Shown: piece after piece, positions 51,366-64,000 of the stretch
Layout: the number at the start of each line of letters is the position of its first letter
How positions within the stretch are numbered: position 1 is the first letter of the stretch
DNA from: Sarea resinae
Lineage: Eukaryota
Direction of reading: 5' to 3'
NCBI GenBank assembly: GCA_026026165.1
Contig: JAPEUD010000035.1
Coordinates: 62,001 to 126,000 of the forward strand
Length of the DNA: 64,000 nucleotides
Notes under the pieces: model-generated
What the model saw: only the letters and a program-made list of their open reading frames with translations
Told to the model about the DNA's origin: nothing
The model's database searches: none
Program-made: the position numbers and the translations under genes

Positions 51366-53071
51366 GTCGGAAGGTGGGACGAAAGAACGGGCGCGTGAAA
51401 ACCAAGCGTGAGACAAGGATAATTCGACGTTGCAGAAGGTCTCAAGTTCGGGAATGATGCGGAGCAAGAAGAGGGCAGGTGGGTATCGAATAATGTATAA
51501 TGTATTACTGTAGGTATAAAGGGCAATGGACCTCCAGCTGGGGGGATGTGGTTTTCAAGCAAGCAAGCAAACAACGAATAACAATAATACCTGTACTTTG
51601 ATATTATTATCGGCAGTGCCAACTACTTGTGTAGTACGAAGTCACTACCTTATTAGGTCCCTCGGTCCCTTGACAAAAGTACTACTTCAGTACGTAGGCA
51701 CGGATATCCCACCATTCACGCTTTAGTCACGTGCCTTCTAAAGTTGAATTAATCTGGGTTTACGCAGTTTCTACTGAAGTAAATCGTCAGGGGGTGAGCT
51801 GTACGGAAAAGATATCAACTACCTTACCGTAAACTTAACTGCTGTGTAAGCTATTACTACAGAGCACAGGCGTATAAGCTTGCGAATAATATAAATCTTC
51901 TCTGGTATACCTTGAGCATAATTTATAAGGTTATCAATATTAACAATGAAAAGGCGCTATAAAGCAAATGTATCTTGCATGCTACAACGATAAGCCACTT
52001 TAATCCCCTATCACAACTAGCCAAGGTAAAGCCAAGCCACAGCCCTAGGGGTAGCTGTATAGACCATCTAAGGAAGGTGTAGCAGTAGCAACCCACCGTC
52101 ACCGCGACCGTTCGCCCCCTATGGCATGGAATGGCATTGTGAGACGGACATGCCGGTCTCAGACACTTGCAAACAACCAGAGGAAAGCCGCTATATATCA
52201 GGCCGTTGCATTATCTCATCTCATCTCACAGCCCTCTCCGCACAAAGGCGACAGGCACAAGCAGACAATAAAACGCGCGAGACTGATTGAGCAAGGTAAG
52301 CAGGTATGTATAGAGCCGCGTGCGGCGTGATTGAATTCTGTATAATCGAGAGGCCTACCGTTCGGAAGTGTAACGTTTGCTCGCTGCGGCATCTATGGCA
52401 GCTGGCCAGACCTCATGCCTCCGCAGCTTGATCCAGTCGTTTGAGCTTTCTACTACCACCACAGCGAAGAGCAGATGCACATATGAGGGCAATTGTGTCT
52501 TCTAGATCACAAAGCCACAAAGCAGTAGGCTCCGATCGATAGAGCCCGATAGGGAGGTAGACCGACATCATGTGCAGCTTGCATGCATGGCTTGTATTGC
52601 CACGATCGATCGCATGACGGACCAACAGCAGATGTCAGACGTGTTAGTGGGAGAATGAAGAAATCGATTAGCACTATCCATCGAGGAATGAGTGTTACAA
52701 ACTCCAAACAGCAGGGGATCGAATTAATGCCAGCTCGTTCTACAGCTTTATCAGGTTCTAAATGAGAATCAATTCCGTGGAATCGTCAAGACTACCCCGG
52801 ACTATGAAGAGCTGCGCTCCAGCCGCTCACTCCATGATGATGTACTCATCTCCCTTGAATCAGAAGTATTGGATCTCCAAGCAATCCTTGTACATGGAAA
52901 GACTATGCACTATACACCCTTAAAGAAGCCTTGGGGATCCACGTAGTAATAAGCACATACTCCCACACAAGAGCCACGAGCCGACTCATATCCATTCGGG
53001 CTGCGTGATACTAGACAAGTCCTATACCCGCGAACCATCCATGCCAAACGCCTCATCGAGTCAGCCCATGT

Positions 53072-54310
53072 CTATTCTTCATCGTTCCCTCTCTCCATCC
53101 CTCCTCGTCCTCTCCGCATCCTCTCGCCGAGATCCAAGTCACCAGCCTTCCGATTTAACCCTGACACGAAATCACCCCTACCACCAAACTTAGCAGATCG
53201 AGCTCGAGCAGCCTCTTCCGCCTCACGCTCCACCCGTTCACGTTCTTCCATGGCCTTGATGCGCTTCTCACGATCTGTGTCGAGCTCAGAGGCATCCTGC
53301 TGCATGGCTGCCAGTTTGGCAGCACGCTCTTCGTCTGCGGCCAAAGAAGGCTGTTCAGTGGGTTCGTCTCGTCGGTCCTCTCTACGATCGTTCCGGTAGC
53401 GGTCATTGTAGTCCGTGCGACCATTTGTTCGATGATCGGTGTCCCCGTTCCGCGATCTATTCCTAAAATCATCATCACGACGATCGCGATAGTTATCGCG
53501 CTCATCACTGCGGCGCCTAGTGCGTCCAGTGGGGTATCTATTGTCCTGATATCCGTTACGATCATCGGAAGGATATCGAGCTGGTCCGCTTTGCCTCCGA
53601 TACGGGGATCGAGATCGAGATCTGGATGGGGATGAAGAAACAGAATCTGAACGGTGACTCTTATGGTGTCGATGCCGGCTATACCCATTTTCATCATCCA
53701 TGCGCTGCCTTTTGTGGCTCCGGCGATAATCATCTTCACCCTCCCTGTGGTGGCGGTGGTGGTGGTGTCGGCGGTGCTTTCGCTCCTTCTCTTTGATGGG
53801 TATGTCCGCTCCAGCGGCTTTGAGGAGCTGGCGCCGCCGAACAGCGTCATTCATCATGGCTTCGTAAGCAGCTTGTTCCTGCTTTTTGATCGCCAGCATA
53901 GGATCCTCTCGGACTTTGGCGGCCGTATCCTTGAGCGTGTTGGCATTTTGCAATGCCATGAACGAGTCCTCAGTAGCAGCCTTCTCTAGCTTCTTGTGTT
54001 CGGTGCCCTTGAGTAAGCCATCAATGCGTCTCTTTCCGAGCAGGTAGCCTTCCATCTCCTCTGTAGTCCCCGCTTGACCGCTAGAAGGTCCCGAGTACAT
54101 CCAGTCGACGCGATTAAGTCGCTTCTTGCCTCCGGCTGCCTCTTGCATTTGCTGAAGTTCTTGAATCTGACGCTCCTCTTGCCGCTCCTTCATCATCTGA
54201 TCGATGCGCTTGCGCTCATCCAAGGCTTTCTTCTCTTCCTCCCACACCCGCCGCTGGTTGCTCATGAGCACGGGGTGCCATGACTTCTTCAAGTTGAGGT
54301 CTCCACCCAT
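53072..54310 (-). CDS. CWC25: Pre-mRNA splicing factor Cwc25
   Basis: [37 protein letters not shown]/His-rich tail; intronless. Confidence 0.96.
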   Translation of the reverse strand: MGGDLNLKKSWHPVLMSNQRRVWEEEKKALDERKRIDQMMKERQEERQIQELQQMQEAAGGKKRLNRVDWMYSGPSSGQAGTTEEMEGYLLGKRRIDGLLKGTEHKKLEKAATEDSFMALQNANTLKDTAAKVREDPMLAIKKQEQAAYEAMMNDAVRRRQLLKAAGADIPIKEKERKHRRHHHHRHHREGEDDYRRSHKRQRMDDENGYSRHRHHKSHRSDSVSSSPSRSRSRSPYRRQSGPARYPSDDRNGYQDNRYPTGRTRRRSDERDNYRDRRDDDFRNRSRNGDTDHRTNGRTDYNDRYRNDRREDRRDEPTEQPSLAADEERAAKLAAMQQDASELDTDREKRIKAMEERERVEREAEEAARARSAKFGGRGDFVSGLNRKAGDLDLGERMRRGRGGMERGNDEE

Positions 54311-54778
54311 TTTGGCTGTCTAGCTGTGTCTTCGCTGCCTGGCAAGTTGGCAAGTGCCTGTCGGCCTAGTCGGTCGTATCCGATCTCGTTCGTCGATTGT
54401 CTCGTTGTCTTTTGACACCACGGCGAACTCGTTTGCCCAGGAATGTATCGCGAGTGCAGACGGACGAAGAAGTGAAGTGGCGGGTAACTGATAGATTGAT
54501 AGAGCTCGCTGGCGCGGGCACTAACGGGACTGCAGGCGTTTAGCGAGGCAGCTCCAATCGATGTCACCGAGCGAGCGAGATGAACCTGGAGCCGCAGTCA
54601 GCCATATCAATCAACACCACCGCAGTCGATCCACATCCACTCTACACCCATGGTTCACACTGGCCAAGTTGTCATTTACTCCACATCTAAAACTTCTCGC
54701 GTCTCCACGCATTAACCATCATCTCCTTGCAAAGGTTCATCTAGCTATTAGCGCTGGTTCCAACCATCATTCGCAAGC

Positions 54779-56549
54779 ATGTCCGACGATGACTTCATGC
54801 AGGAGTCTGATCAAGAAGAGTACGCTTGTCCCACTCAGTATCCGGACGTTTGCTTACAGAATGTCAGGTATGATTTCGAATATGAGGATGACGACGAAGA
54901 ACAAGATGGAGATGTAGATATCGAGAACAAATACTACAATGCCAAACAGACGAAGGCCGACTATCCGGAGGAAGCGGTGGCAGAATTTCTTGGAGTACGG
55001 GAGCTCGAACAAGAAAAAGGCGACTGGTGGGACCCTGATGCAATCGATTTGTTTCAATATGCTAACCCCCTTGTAAGGGGATTTAAGGGACTCAAGCAAG
55101 CAATCAAGTTGGAGTTTAAATTGAAGCAGTACGACAAAGTATATCAGCCCATCGCCTGTTCCATTGGGCTACTTACTCACGAGAAACCTCAGGCCACCGA
55201 GCATTACCAAGAGCTTCTTACTTACGTCAAATCCGCCGTAACTCGCAACTACTCCGAGAAGTCCATCAACAACATGCTAGACTACATCGAGAAGGGTTCC
55301 GAAGACGAAGGGGCATATCGTTGCATGGAGAGATTTTACTCCCTGACCTTGTCATCGTTCCAAAGCACAAACAATGAGAGGTTATGGTTGAAGACCAACA
55401 TCAAGCTCGCAAAGCTATGGCTTGATCGGAGGGAATATGGTCTGCTGACGAAGAAGCTGCGAGAGCTACATAAAGCCTGTCAGAAGGAAGACGGAACGGA
55501 TGATCCGAGCAAAGGCACCTATTTGCTGGAGGTTTACGCCTTAGAGATACAAATGTATGCAGAGACGAAGAACACTAAGAGATTAAAGGCAAGTCTTAAA
55601 ATCATTGACAAAAGGAATAACGATACTGATATCCTGACCAATTAGGCTCTCTATCAACGCGCTCTTAAGGTTAGATCGGCGGTCCCTCATCCGAAGATCA
55701 TGGGTATTATTCGCGAATGCGGGGGGAAGATGCACATGAGCGAAGGTTCTCCTTGGGCCCACACACCCTTCGAGATTCGTCGAGACTAATATAATTTATG
55801 CAGAAAATTGGAACGAAGCGCAGAGCGACTTCTTTGAGTCCTTCCGGAATTATGATGAAGCTGGATCTCTGCAGCGTATCCAAGTCCTCAAGTATCTAGT
55901 ACTCACTACGATGCTCATGAAATCCGACATCAATCCTTTCGATTCTCAGGAAACGAAACCGTACAAGAATGATCCTCGGATTGCCGCCATGACTGACTTG
56001 GTTGATGCTTATCAGAGAGATGACATTCACAAATACGAGTCCATTCTCCAAAGTAATCAGGACACTCTAGCCGACCCTTTTATATCCGAAAACATCGATG
56101 AAGTCACGAGAAACATGCGCACGAAGGCTGTCCTCAAGCTGGTTGCGCCATACACTCGCTTTACGCTTGCGTTCGTCTCAAAACAACTGAATATCTCCGT
56201 ACCGGAGGTAGAGGACATTATCGGGTTCCTAATTGTCGATCAGAAAATGCGCGGAAAGGTCAATCAACAGGATGGGACTGTGGAGATTGACAATAACAGC
56301 GATACCGATCGCATGCATTCGATGAGCCAATGGATACATGCTACTCATGACCTTTGGTCAACAGTGCTTCATGAAGGAGAAGGTTTTAAGTACGAAGATC
56401 CTCTTCTCCCTGGTCAGCCAGGCCTTGTCTCTTATTCGTCGGCTGGCGACTTTGGATCGTCGCAAAGCAGTAGAGCGACCGCCAATCTTGGCAAATCCAA
56501 GGGGCTCAAGGGCAAGGGGGTGGCGGGAAAGCTACTGGGGTTGAGATGA
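54779..56549 (+). CDS. CSN2: COP9 signalosome subunit 2
   Basis: [72 protein letters not shown] domain. Introns 54820-54867, 55027-55077, 55139-55192, 55589-55645 (GC-AG), 55746-55803. Confidence 0.96.
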
Positions 56550-59165
56550 TGTAAACGATGTATATCCATGTTAGCGGGCACATTTTAGCGTTCATCCATT
56601 TGGTCAATTGGTCGCCGGGACCTCAGACAGGCGAAGGAGGCGTTACGCTTTGGTAGTCGTTCGAAGGCTGAATGATGAAGTTCCGGTTCCGACGGGTTTC
56701 AATGCCGATTTGTCCAAGGACTCGGTCGCCCTGGCTGGGAGGAAGTGAAGGAGGAGAAGGAAGCCTGGAACTGGTGGATGATGGAAGCATTGTGTACATA
56801 CATCGTCGATCACGACGGGGTGAATCATGGCGGTCCGTAGCAAGCAGACCTAAGGCAAGAATAGGCTGCACTGCAGAGACTCTAACATTGAAAGGCTCCC
56901 GCGTGCCGAGCAGGTGCCCTGTTGAAACTGTCATGCTCCGTGACCACAACCATCACGATACCGACTGAGAGACGGAGATACATGAAAGCCCCAGCATGGG
57001 ATGCCCCGATGAAGCCTGTCTGCATGTAGGCCGCGCACGGGTGCTTGCTGCAAGCCCAGGCCCACTTGTGGTTCCTGTGCAACCAACGTCCATGTCTGCC
57101 GTTTCCACCTCTTTGCTTACCCGTCTTCCATTCTGGTCGTTTTGGTCGTTTTGGTCGGCACGGCAGCCATGTCGATTCGTGGGGAGAAAGGTTGAAAGGT
57201 CGTCTCGCTTCCCCATGGATCCCACGGATCCCACGGACAGCCCCCAGACCGATTTCCAAGCCAATGAAGGGGACGGAGCACGAGTGTGAGGATCCGCGAG
57301 AGTGCATTCGACTGCAGCCAGGGGTCGAGGTGTCGAATGCCGATTCACCTCTAGTATGATAATAATCCTTACTCGACCGCTAGGATCCCCGAGCAAAAAG
57401 ATATCTATCACATTTCGGAACTCGAGGACGAGCCGTTTCCTTCAATGATATGGCGCTTCACCGAAGGGGAGGACAGAGTGAGAAAGTGACCCAGCGCGAC
57501 CCTTTTCCCACAGTTCCCACCGCGGACCCTTCCAAGCCCGCCCAAGTGCTTACATGAATGCCCTCTACAAGTACACCACCTGCCTCCAGAACATCACGAA
57601 GAGACATGTCTCTGCCTCTTGATCCCGTTGTCTCGATGATGCGGATATCTCACATGTGGGTGGCCCTGATTCCCTAGTTGCAGCATGTGCATCGCGGGCT
57701 TGAAGCTGTCAGTTGCTTGAGGCTCGCACACGGACTCGCCGTCAACATGGTCGGATCAAGCTGAGGGATAAGTGCGTTCGACGGACCAGGTTGGCCTTGC
57801 TGATGATTCATCTGTCGTACTCGGCATGCTAGTAGCTGTGATGTGATCCAATTGACCCCGAGGACGTCGACTCGACCGCCCAGCCATGGTAGCAGAGCCG
57901 CCCAATCTGTCGTCCTCGCCTGGCCTCCTCTCTTCCTATGTAGGGTCAGCACCATCGATATTGCGCGTGAGCATATCACAACTGCGTGCAGCACAACGTG
58001 CCTAGCGCGCGTTTACGGGGGGGAAGAGAGTGGTGGACTCGCGGACTCGTGGTGTTCTTGCGTCTCGGACTAGAATCGGACTTTTGCTTATCCTTACATC
58101 GATTTACGTTCTGCTTGTCCCCTGGGCAGACTACGCTGGGACGATCGAGCGATACGACAACATTACCGGTAGGCTGTATCAATAGATAGATCCGTAGGTA
58201 CCGGAGTTGATTTGATCGATGATCTCGAGATTGGCTTGCAATCATCTTTGACACGATATCGTCCGTTGACACTGCCTCTGGGTCTCCCAAGTCCACGACG
58301 TCGGTGCTGCTCTAGCTCCTGAGCGCGATCGTAGTGCGGGCAGACACGTTGGTTCTGGTGCAACGCCGCAGTCTTCCTCCGGTTCACGGCAGCGCGCATC
58401 TGCCCTTATGCCCTGAATTCCTGAATCGATCAATCCATCACCCTCTGATCCATTCTGGTCGATTGTCATCGTGCCTGGCAATGGACCGTGTCTGATACAT
58501 GACGCGAACATAAAGGCCCTCACCGTTCCCGAAACTCCCTTTTTCCTCGACCGAAAAGAAAAGCAGATCATCCTCACCGAGATTGGGTGGCGGTCTTGAC
58601 TACCTACGGTATCTACAGCGATCAATGAATACGGAAAGGGCATGAGGTCATAGTTGGCAAGTCATTGCATTCCGACAGAGTCGTATTGGGAACCGATCGC
58701 TGCAGCGAGAAAGGGCGAGCGGTCATACAGACACATACAAATACTACACATCCAGTACACATAGCGTCTTTGACCTAAGCTGGCGTCTGCTGTTGGCTGC
58801 TTGTCGATCACCGGCGGGTCATACGGGCCTCAACAGGACGGCGAGGGCGAGGGCGAGGGCAAGGGCAAGTAAGTGTAGGCCTAAGCTTAAGGGTTGGCCG
58901 TCCATGGTCCATGGTCCATGGTCCAGTCCAATATTGGCTATCGTGTCCACTGTTCCGTTGTCCACTGTGGTCCACTGTTGTCTACGGTCGACAGCGTACT
59001 GTGGTCCCTTGACTGGCACTGGCGAGACCGCGACACGGCGACACGGCGACACTGCGACACTCTAAACCCACCGGGAAGAACATTCCACCTGGTACCTGAT
59101 CCTGCTCCCGCTCCCGATCCTGATCCTGATCCTGATCATTCACTTGGTCATGATCTCTCGGGGCG

Positions 59166-61092
59166 ATGAATGGGCATGATGAACCGGATCGCTCACAGGC
59201 ACGACAAGCTCTCCAGGCACTGCTGCTGCAACAACATCTGCTGCTGCCACTAGAATTACCCTTCCAGCCCTCCCTGTCCCTCGACAACTGCAACTGGCCC
59301 TCTGCGTCGGTGTCGTCGGCTCTGTCCACCTCGTCACCACCACCGCGGAGTGCCCCGACCCAGCCAATCACCTTCAATCCGCCGGAGTTTGCCGGTGCCG
59401 CCGCCTCAACCTCACCACCTGCGCTCGTCCATCGTCAGCATTACGAGATGCAGTCGATGCAAACGGATGAAGAGCTGGCAACTCTGCAGAAACTGTCCAA
59501 CGAGTATGAACCCAATGTGCAGGTACGACGGCCTTCGAATGGATCCATCTTGATCGGGATGGATCTGGAGTCGCCCGCTAACTGACCTCGATGCAGGGTC
59601 CCCTCGTGGGCAAGCGGCAGTCCAGCCAGGCGATAACCTCCGAGTATGCAAACGCTGACCCAGCTTTTGTTCGCAAAACGATCGTATGATGCCGTCATTC
59701 TTCGCGGGATAACTCTGGACTGACTGTTCATCGATCTAGGCTCTACCCCAGAAATATTCCCACTATCGAACCGTCAAAGGCGATGGAAACTGCGGATGGC
59801 GGGGTTCGTCATTGGCATGCTCCTTGGAAGCTTCTGCTAACAATCATAGCAATCGCCTTTAGCTATTTCGAGGCGCTCATACGGTCGGGCGATAAGCATA
59901 AGTTTGTCGCTGAACAAGCCAGACTGAAGTCGCTGAATAATCTGTTAAACAATGCCGGCTTCCAAGAATATCTCTACGAGGACTTCGTGGATGAGACTTT
60001 ACAGCTCTTGAGGGAAACGGCAGCCACGGTTCCCGTGACTGATGATGGCGAAGCGCTGCTCGCGAGCTTCAACGACCCCAACGTGTCGAATGCTGTCATT
60101 ACGCACTTTCGGGTATGGCAGTACCCCACCAATGGAGCTTTTGCCGATGCTGATGCTTTCATATAGCTACTCACCAGTGCGTGGATGAAGACGAATCAAG
60201 AAGCCTATCAGCCTTTCATAATCGATAAAAGCGTCTCGCAGTACTGCGAAAGCCAGATCGAGCCTTATAACGTCGAGATAGAGCACGTGGGCATGACAGC
60301 GCTGATCGACTCACTCATCAAGCCCGCTGGATTCGCCGTGGAGATTCTATACCTCGACCGCAGTGCTGGAGAAGAAGTCAACTGCATTCGATTTGAGCTG
60401 GAGACACCGGCAGGAACACCAGTCTTTCCGGATGCTCTGACCGCGCGATTGCTCTATAGACCGTGGGTTTCACCACGACTCGATTATGGTCTCTCGCTAA
60501 CTCGAATAGGGGCCACTACGATATCCTCTACAAGATAGAAGATGTGGCCCCGTTGATATCCAACTCGCAGGTTGCTCTGATGCCAAACTACTCGTCTTAT
60601 ACCCCTCTTCAAACTGGATCCATAGTCGCTAGCACCAGTGAACTCAATCCTTGGCTCGCAGAGATTCCCGGCATGTCCTTTGCTCCGGTTGCCGCCGACG
60701 CTTCTCTTTCCCTGGGAGACTATGGTCGGACGCCACTACTTCCTGCTGATTACCCTCCACCGCCAAGCTCTCCACTCTCGCAGAGTGTCAGCAATTCGAG
60801 TTTACCATTAACGCCTACCTCGGGAGAAAGTCGAGTCCCGAACTTTAGACCATCAAAATATGAATACGAAGTTGGATTTTCTCCGAGTCCGGTTCAGAAT
60901 ATCCCTTGTCAGACAGCAACATTCCGAAAGTATGTCCCTTTCTAATTCGCAAAGTGTAGCTACTGACGGAAATGTAGCTCGCATTATAACCCCGCTCATT
61001 TCCTCAACACAGATTTCCAGCCGGAGATGTGGACGCCTGATTCCGAATACAAGACCGAGGGTAGACATGAGCGACATCGATCGTCGCAGTGA
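59166..61092 (+). CDS. Otubain-family (peptidase C65) deubiquitinase
   Basis: YRTVKGDGNCGWRA catalytic Cys, ILYLDRS, LLYRPGHYDILY catalytic His after splicing; six introns; start codon uncertain. Confidence 0.9.
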
Positions 61093-61399
61093 GGTGAGAG
61101 GCGTGCTTAGTTCTTGAAATCGAACGGCGACGGCGGATATTTCAGCTTCGTGCCAGTTTTATGAGATAACAACATCTCATTGCCTTGATCTGCTTGCTTG
61201 CTCGCCAAGCACCCAACGCACAACATACCCCAGTATGAGCTTCAGCCATAGCCATCTTCTCTCTTCCCCTTCTCTCGCCCTCTTCTCTCCCATGAAACGA
61301 ACGACCTAACGAGAATTATACGACCAAACGAACGAATGAACAGCCCAAGCGTACAGACTCACGAGCAAGCGGAAAAGCACCCAAAGGACACACAGGAAA

Positions 61400-62160
61400 G
61401 AACGATGGGAAAAAGAATGAATTCAAAGTTTTTATGGAACTTTTAAAAAAGCTCACAAGGGAAATGCGGGCGGCGCTCTCTTTTCTTCTTGACTTCTTTT
61501 TTCTTCTTTTTCTTTCTGGTCCTTTTTCTCTTCCCTTTTCTCTTCAAACTCTTTTCTGTCTTTTTCTTTTTCTTTTTCTTTTTCTTTTTTTTTTCTTCTT
61601 GTTGAGGGGAGACTCACTCTCGTAAGCGGTTGCGTAGGTGCATGCGGGCATTAATATCAGTATCAGTATCATATCCGTCTCCGTGTCAATATCAATATCA
61701 GTATCAGTATCAGTATCGTCACTATCGTCAATACCACCGTCGATATCACTACCGTCATCATCACTACCATCACCATCACCATCATCCCTACCATCATCAG
61801 TGACTTCTATTATTCTACAATACCCACGATAAATGGTCAAGAGCATCCTAGAACCCCTCCTCTCTCTCTCCCCTGTGTATATGTATACGTGTGTGCACGA
61901 GACGGATAGACGGATAGACGGATAGATAGATGAATAGATGAAAAGATGGATAGACATTGCATGGATAGATGGAGGGGAGAAAGAGAGAGAAGACGGGGAG
62001 CTGGGTTTGCCATTTCCCTACACGAGCGAATACACAAGGTACGCATACGCATACGCATACGCATACGCATACGAAGACGCATACGCACACGAATCTGAAT
62101 ATCAATACGAATATGGAACCGGATACATCAGACAAACAGATAGACAGATAGATGGACAGA
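61400..62160. repeat. Microsatellite cluster: T/C-rich tracts, (ATCAGT)n, (CCATCA)n, (GATAGACG)n, (TACGCA)n
   Basis: Read directly; between convergent otubain and ATP18 genes. Confidence 0.85.
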
Positions 62161-62581
62161 GAGGCAATCATTGAGGTGTCATGCGCCCCTCGTTCTCTAA
62201 CGATCTACACACACCGCTTTCTACATACGATTCCACGATCCCACGGTGCTCTTCCTTGCCCGGCCCTGGTCTGCTCAAACAGACGGACCAGACCTTTGTC
62301 GTCCGAGAAACATCTAGCACGAATTCCTTTCATCTACTCCATCTATTTGTCTCGCGCTGCCTGCATTGCTACTATCCCCACCCCTATGAGCATCCCCCTC
62401 TCCCAACCTCCCTCGCCGCTACCGCGCTACCGCTCTCGCTTCACAGCCTAGCTCGTGCTCGTCATCCTAGCCCCTCTCATCGCAACCCCGGGGCTATTCT
62501 GGTTATGAAGGAAAGGAAAGGAAAATTGAGATCGGAAGCGACGAGAGCGGAGAGAGAGCGGAGACGGCGCCACGAGCATAT

Positions 62582-63409
62582 CTAGTGCTCTGGGGCGGCG
62601 GGCTTCTTGGTCCGCAGGGCGGGGTTGCGCGGGTCGGACGCGTGCGGTTCACCTGTGGGTGCTTTTGTTAGTTTCTTTTATATTTTCTGGGCTTTTGATG
62701 GGGTGGCATTATTGGAGCGTGGTGATGGTTTGAGGGGGGCAGATGTGTAGAGGAAGGCGTGTAAGAACGTTGAGGAGGAAGAGGGGGGCGGAGATATAGA
62801 GGGGACGGCAAGAAGAGGAACACAGGGACAGGGAGATGATGGCGGGAAAGACGTACCGCTGGCCAATAGACCGGCGAAAGAGTTGACGCCGTAGAGCATG
62901 ATGAGGCCTATATTGTCGAGTATCGTGTTAGCTGGTCTGTCCTATCCCTTGCTGTTCTCTGCTTTGCTCTTCTGTTCGATGTTCCCTGATCCTCGGGCTT
63001 CGTTCCAGCGTGTGGGCTCCGTTGTCTTGTTGTTCTGTTCTCCTCGATGCCTGCTTTCCTTGTCGCCCGATGGAAAGATTCTCCATCGTCTTTTCTCCCT
63101 TTTCGCCATGCATTGTGCACGTGATGGCCTCCCACTGATTTATCCACTCGTCCATTCTCTTCTCGACAATCCAGGGATCCAATGGCGGCATTGACAGAAG
63201 ACAAGAAAGGGTCAGCAATCGTACCTGCGACGTAGAAAGGAGCCATTGGCTTCGCTGTGCACACGATCCGAGATGTCAGCCTGTGCTCCTCGGCATACAA
63301 TTCTTTCACCTCCCCCATCCCGAGACTCCTCCACCTCCACATCCATCACCGGAAACAGAGGGGAACACGTACCGACAGGCGCGGGGAACTTCTTGGGAAG
63401 CAGAGACAT
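62582..63409 (-). CDS. ATP18: Mitochondrial ATP synthase subunit j (i/j)
   Basis: Four exons: MSLLPKKFPAPV / AKPMAPFYVA / GLIMLYGVNSFAGLLAS / GEPHASDPRNPALRTKKPAAPEH*; KFPxP..P.Y..G..DPRNP signature. Confidence 0.9.
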
Positions 63410-64000
63410 GGTAGCGACGTCTGTGATTGAGGAGAGTGGAGTGGTGAGATGGATGGAGCGGATGGAATCGAAGATGACGGTTGGGTGGACGGAGGTTGAT
63501 GGATAGAGATGAACGAAGCTTTGAGTGCAGTGGCCCAGAGAGGTACGTACTGGACCTGCGGAATCGATGCGGTGCGGTGCAGCGGCGGCTATTGGATGGC
63601 GTGCACGTGTTTCCGGTGCCGCTTTATCTGTCGTTGAGCGAGTGAGGACCAGACCCCACCAAGCGAGCCGCGATACTCTACAGTAACGATATCCCCATAG
63701 TATAATAGTAAACAACTTGATCGCGATACTCGATGCTTGAGAAGACAAGGCCAGTCCTCACGCTGGAGAGACGGAAACAGACATCGCAAACGCAAGACAC
63801 AGAGTCTCACTAGTGCAGTCACGAGAGGTGAAGAGGATTACTGGTGGGAATGGCCGCTTCGTCCCTGGCAGGCTGCGTCGCCTCCCTGCGCACCTCGAAC
63901 CAGCTCCTCGACTCCAGCATCTCGATCCTCGACTCGGGCGTCTCTGATTTCCCACGTTTGACCAAAGTCTTGACTACGACACGCGTAAGCACTGCTGTCC

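Noticed and set aside
56600..59100. Several 60-150 aa ORFs upstream of the otubain gene
   Set aside because: Overlapping on both strands with no motifs or consistent splice pattern; treated as regulatory or UTR sequence.

Overview
Gene-dense, intron-rich fungal chromosome segment (filamentous ascomycete, Pezizomycotina-like: short GT-AG introns with CTRAY branch points). I hand-spliced about 27 protein-coding genes, mostly housekeeping: LIP5, a SPOUT1-like methyltransferase, a DPR dehydrin, an ASH1-type SET protein, ERF2, PMT1, PRP21, COQ4, PDCD5, RPS27, POP7, LIP2, RRP40, SSZ1, VPS64/SLMAP, MGR2, RHO3, CWC25, CSN2, an otubain and ATP18. Microsatellite-rich spacers separate them. No tRNA, rRNA, CRISPR array or intact transposon was recognised. 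Most notable: (1) an intact, spliced deoxyribose-phosphate aldolase (DERA) homolog lacking its Schiff-base lysine and carrying a ~220-aa N-terminal extension (candidate pseudoenzyme); (2) next to it, a three-exon selenoprotein-K-like gene absent from the ORF track, ending in CxxC instead of Sec; (3) an LRR protein with an LRRC58-like BC-box/Cys tail; (4) a dehydrin built from duplicated exon-intron units; (5) frame-preserving stop-free introns in CSN2 and ERF2; (6) a recurrent intergenic palindrome, TACTCCGGAGTA. All family calls come from motif recognition, not database searches.
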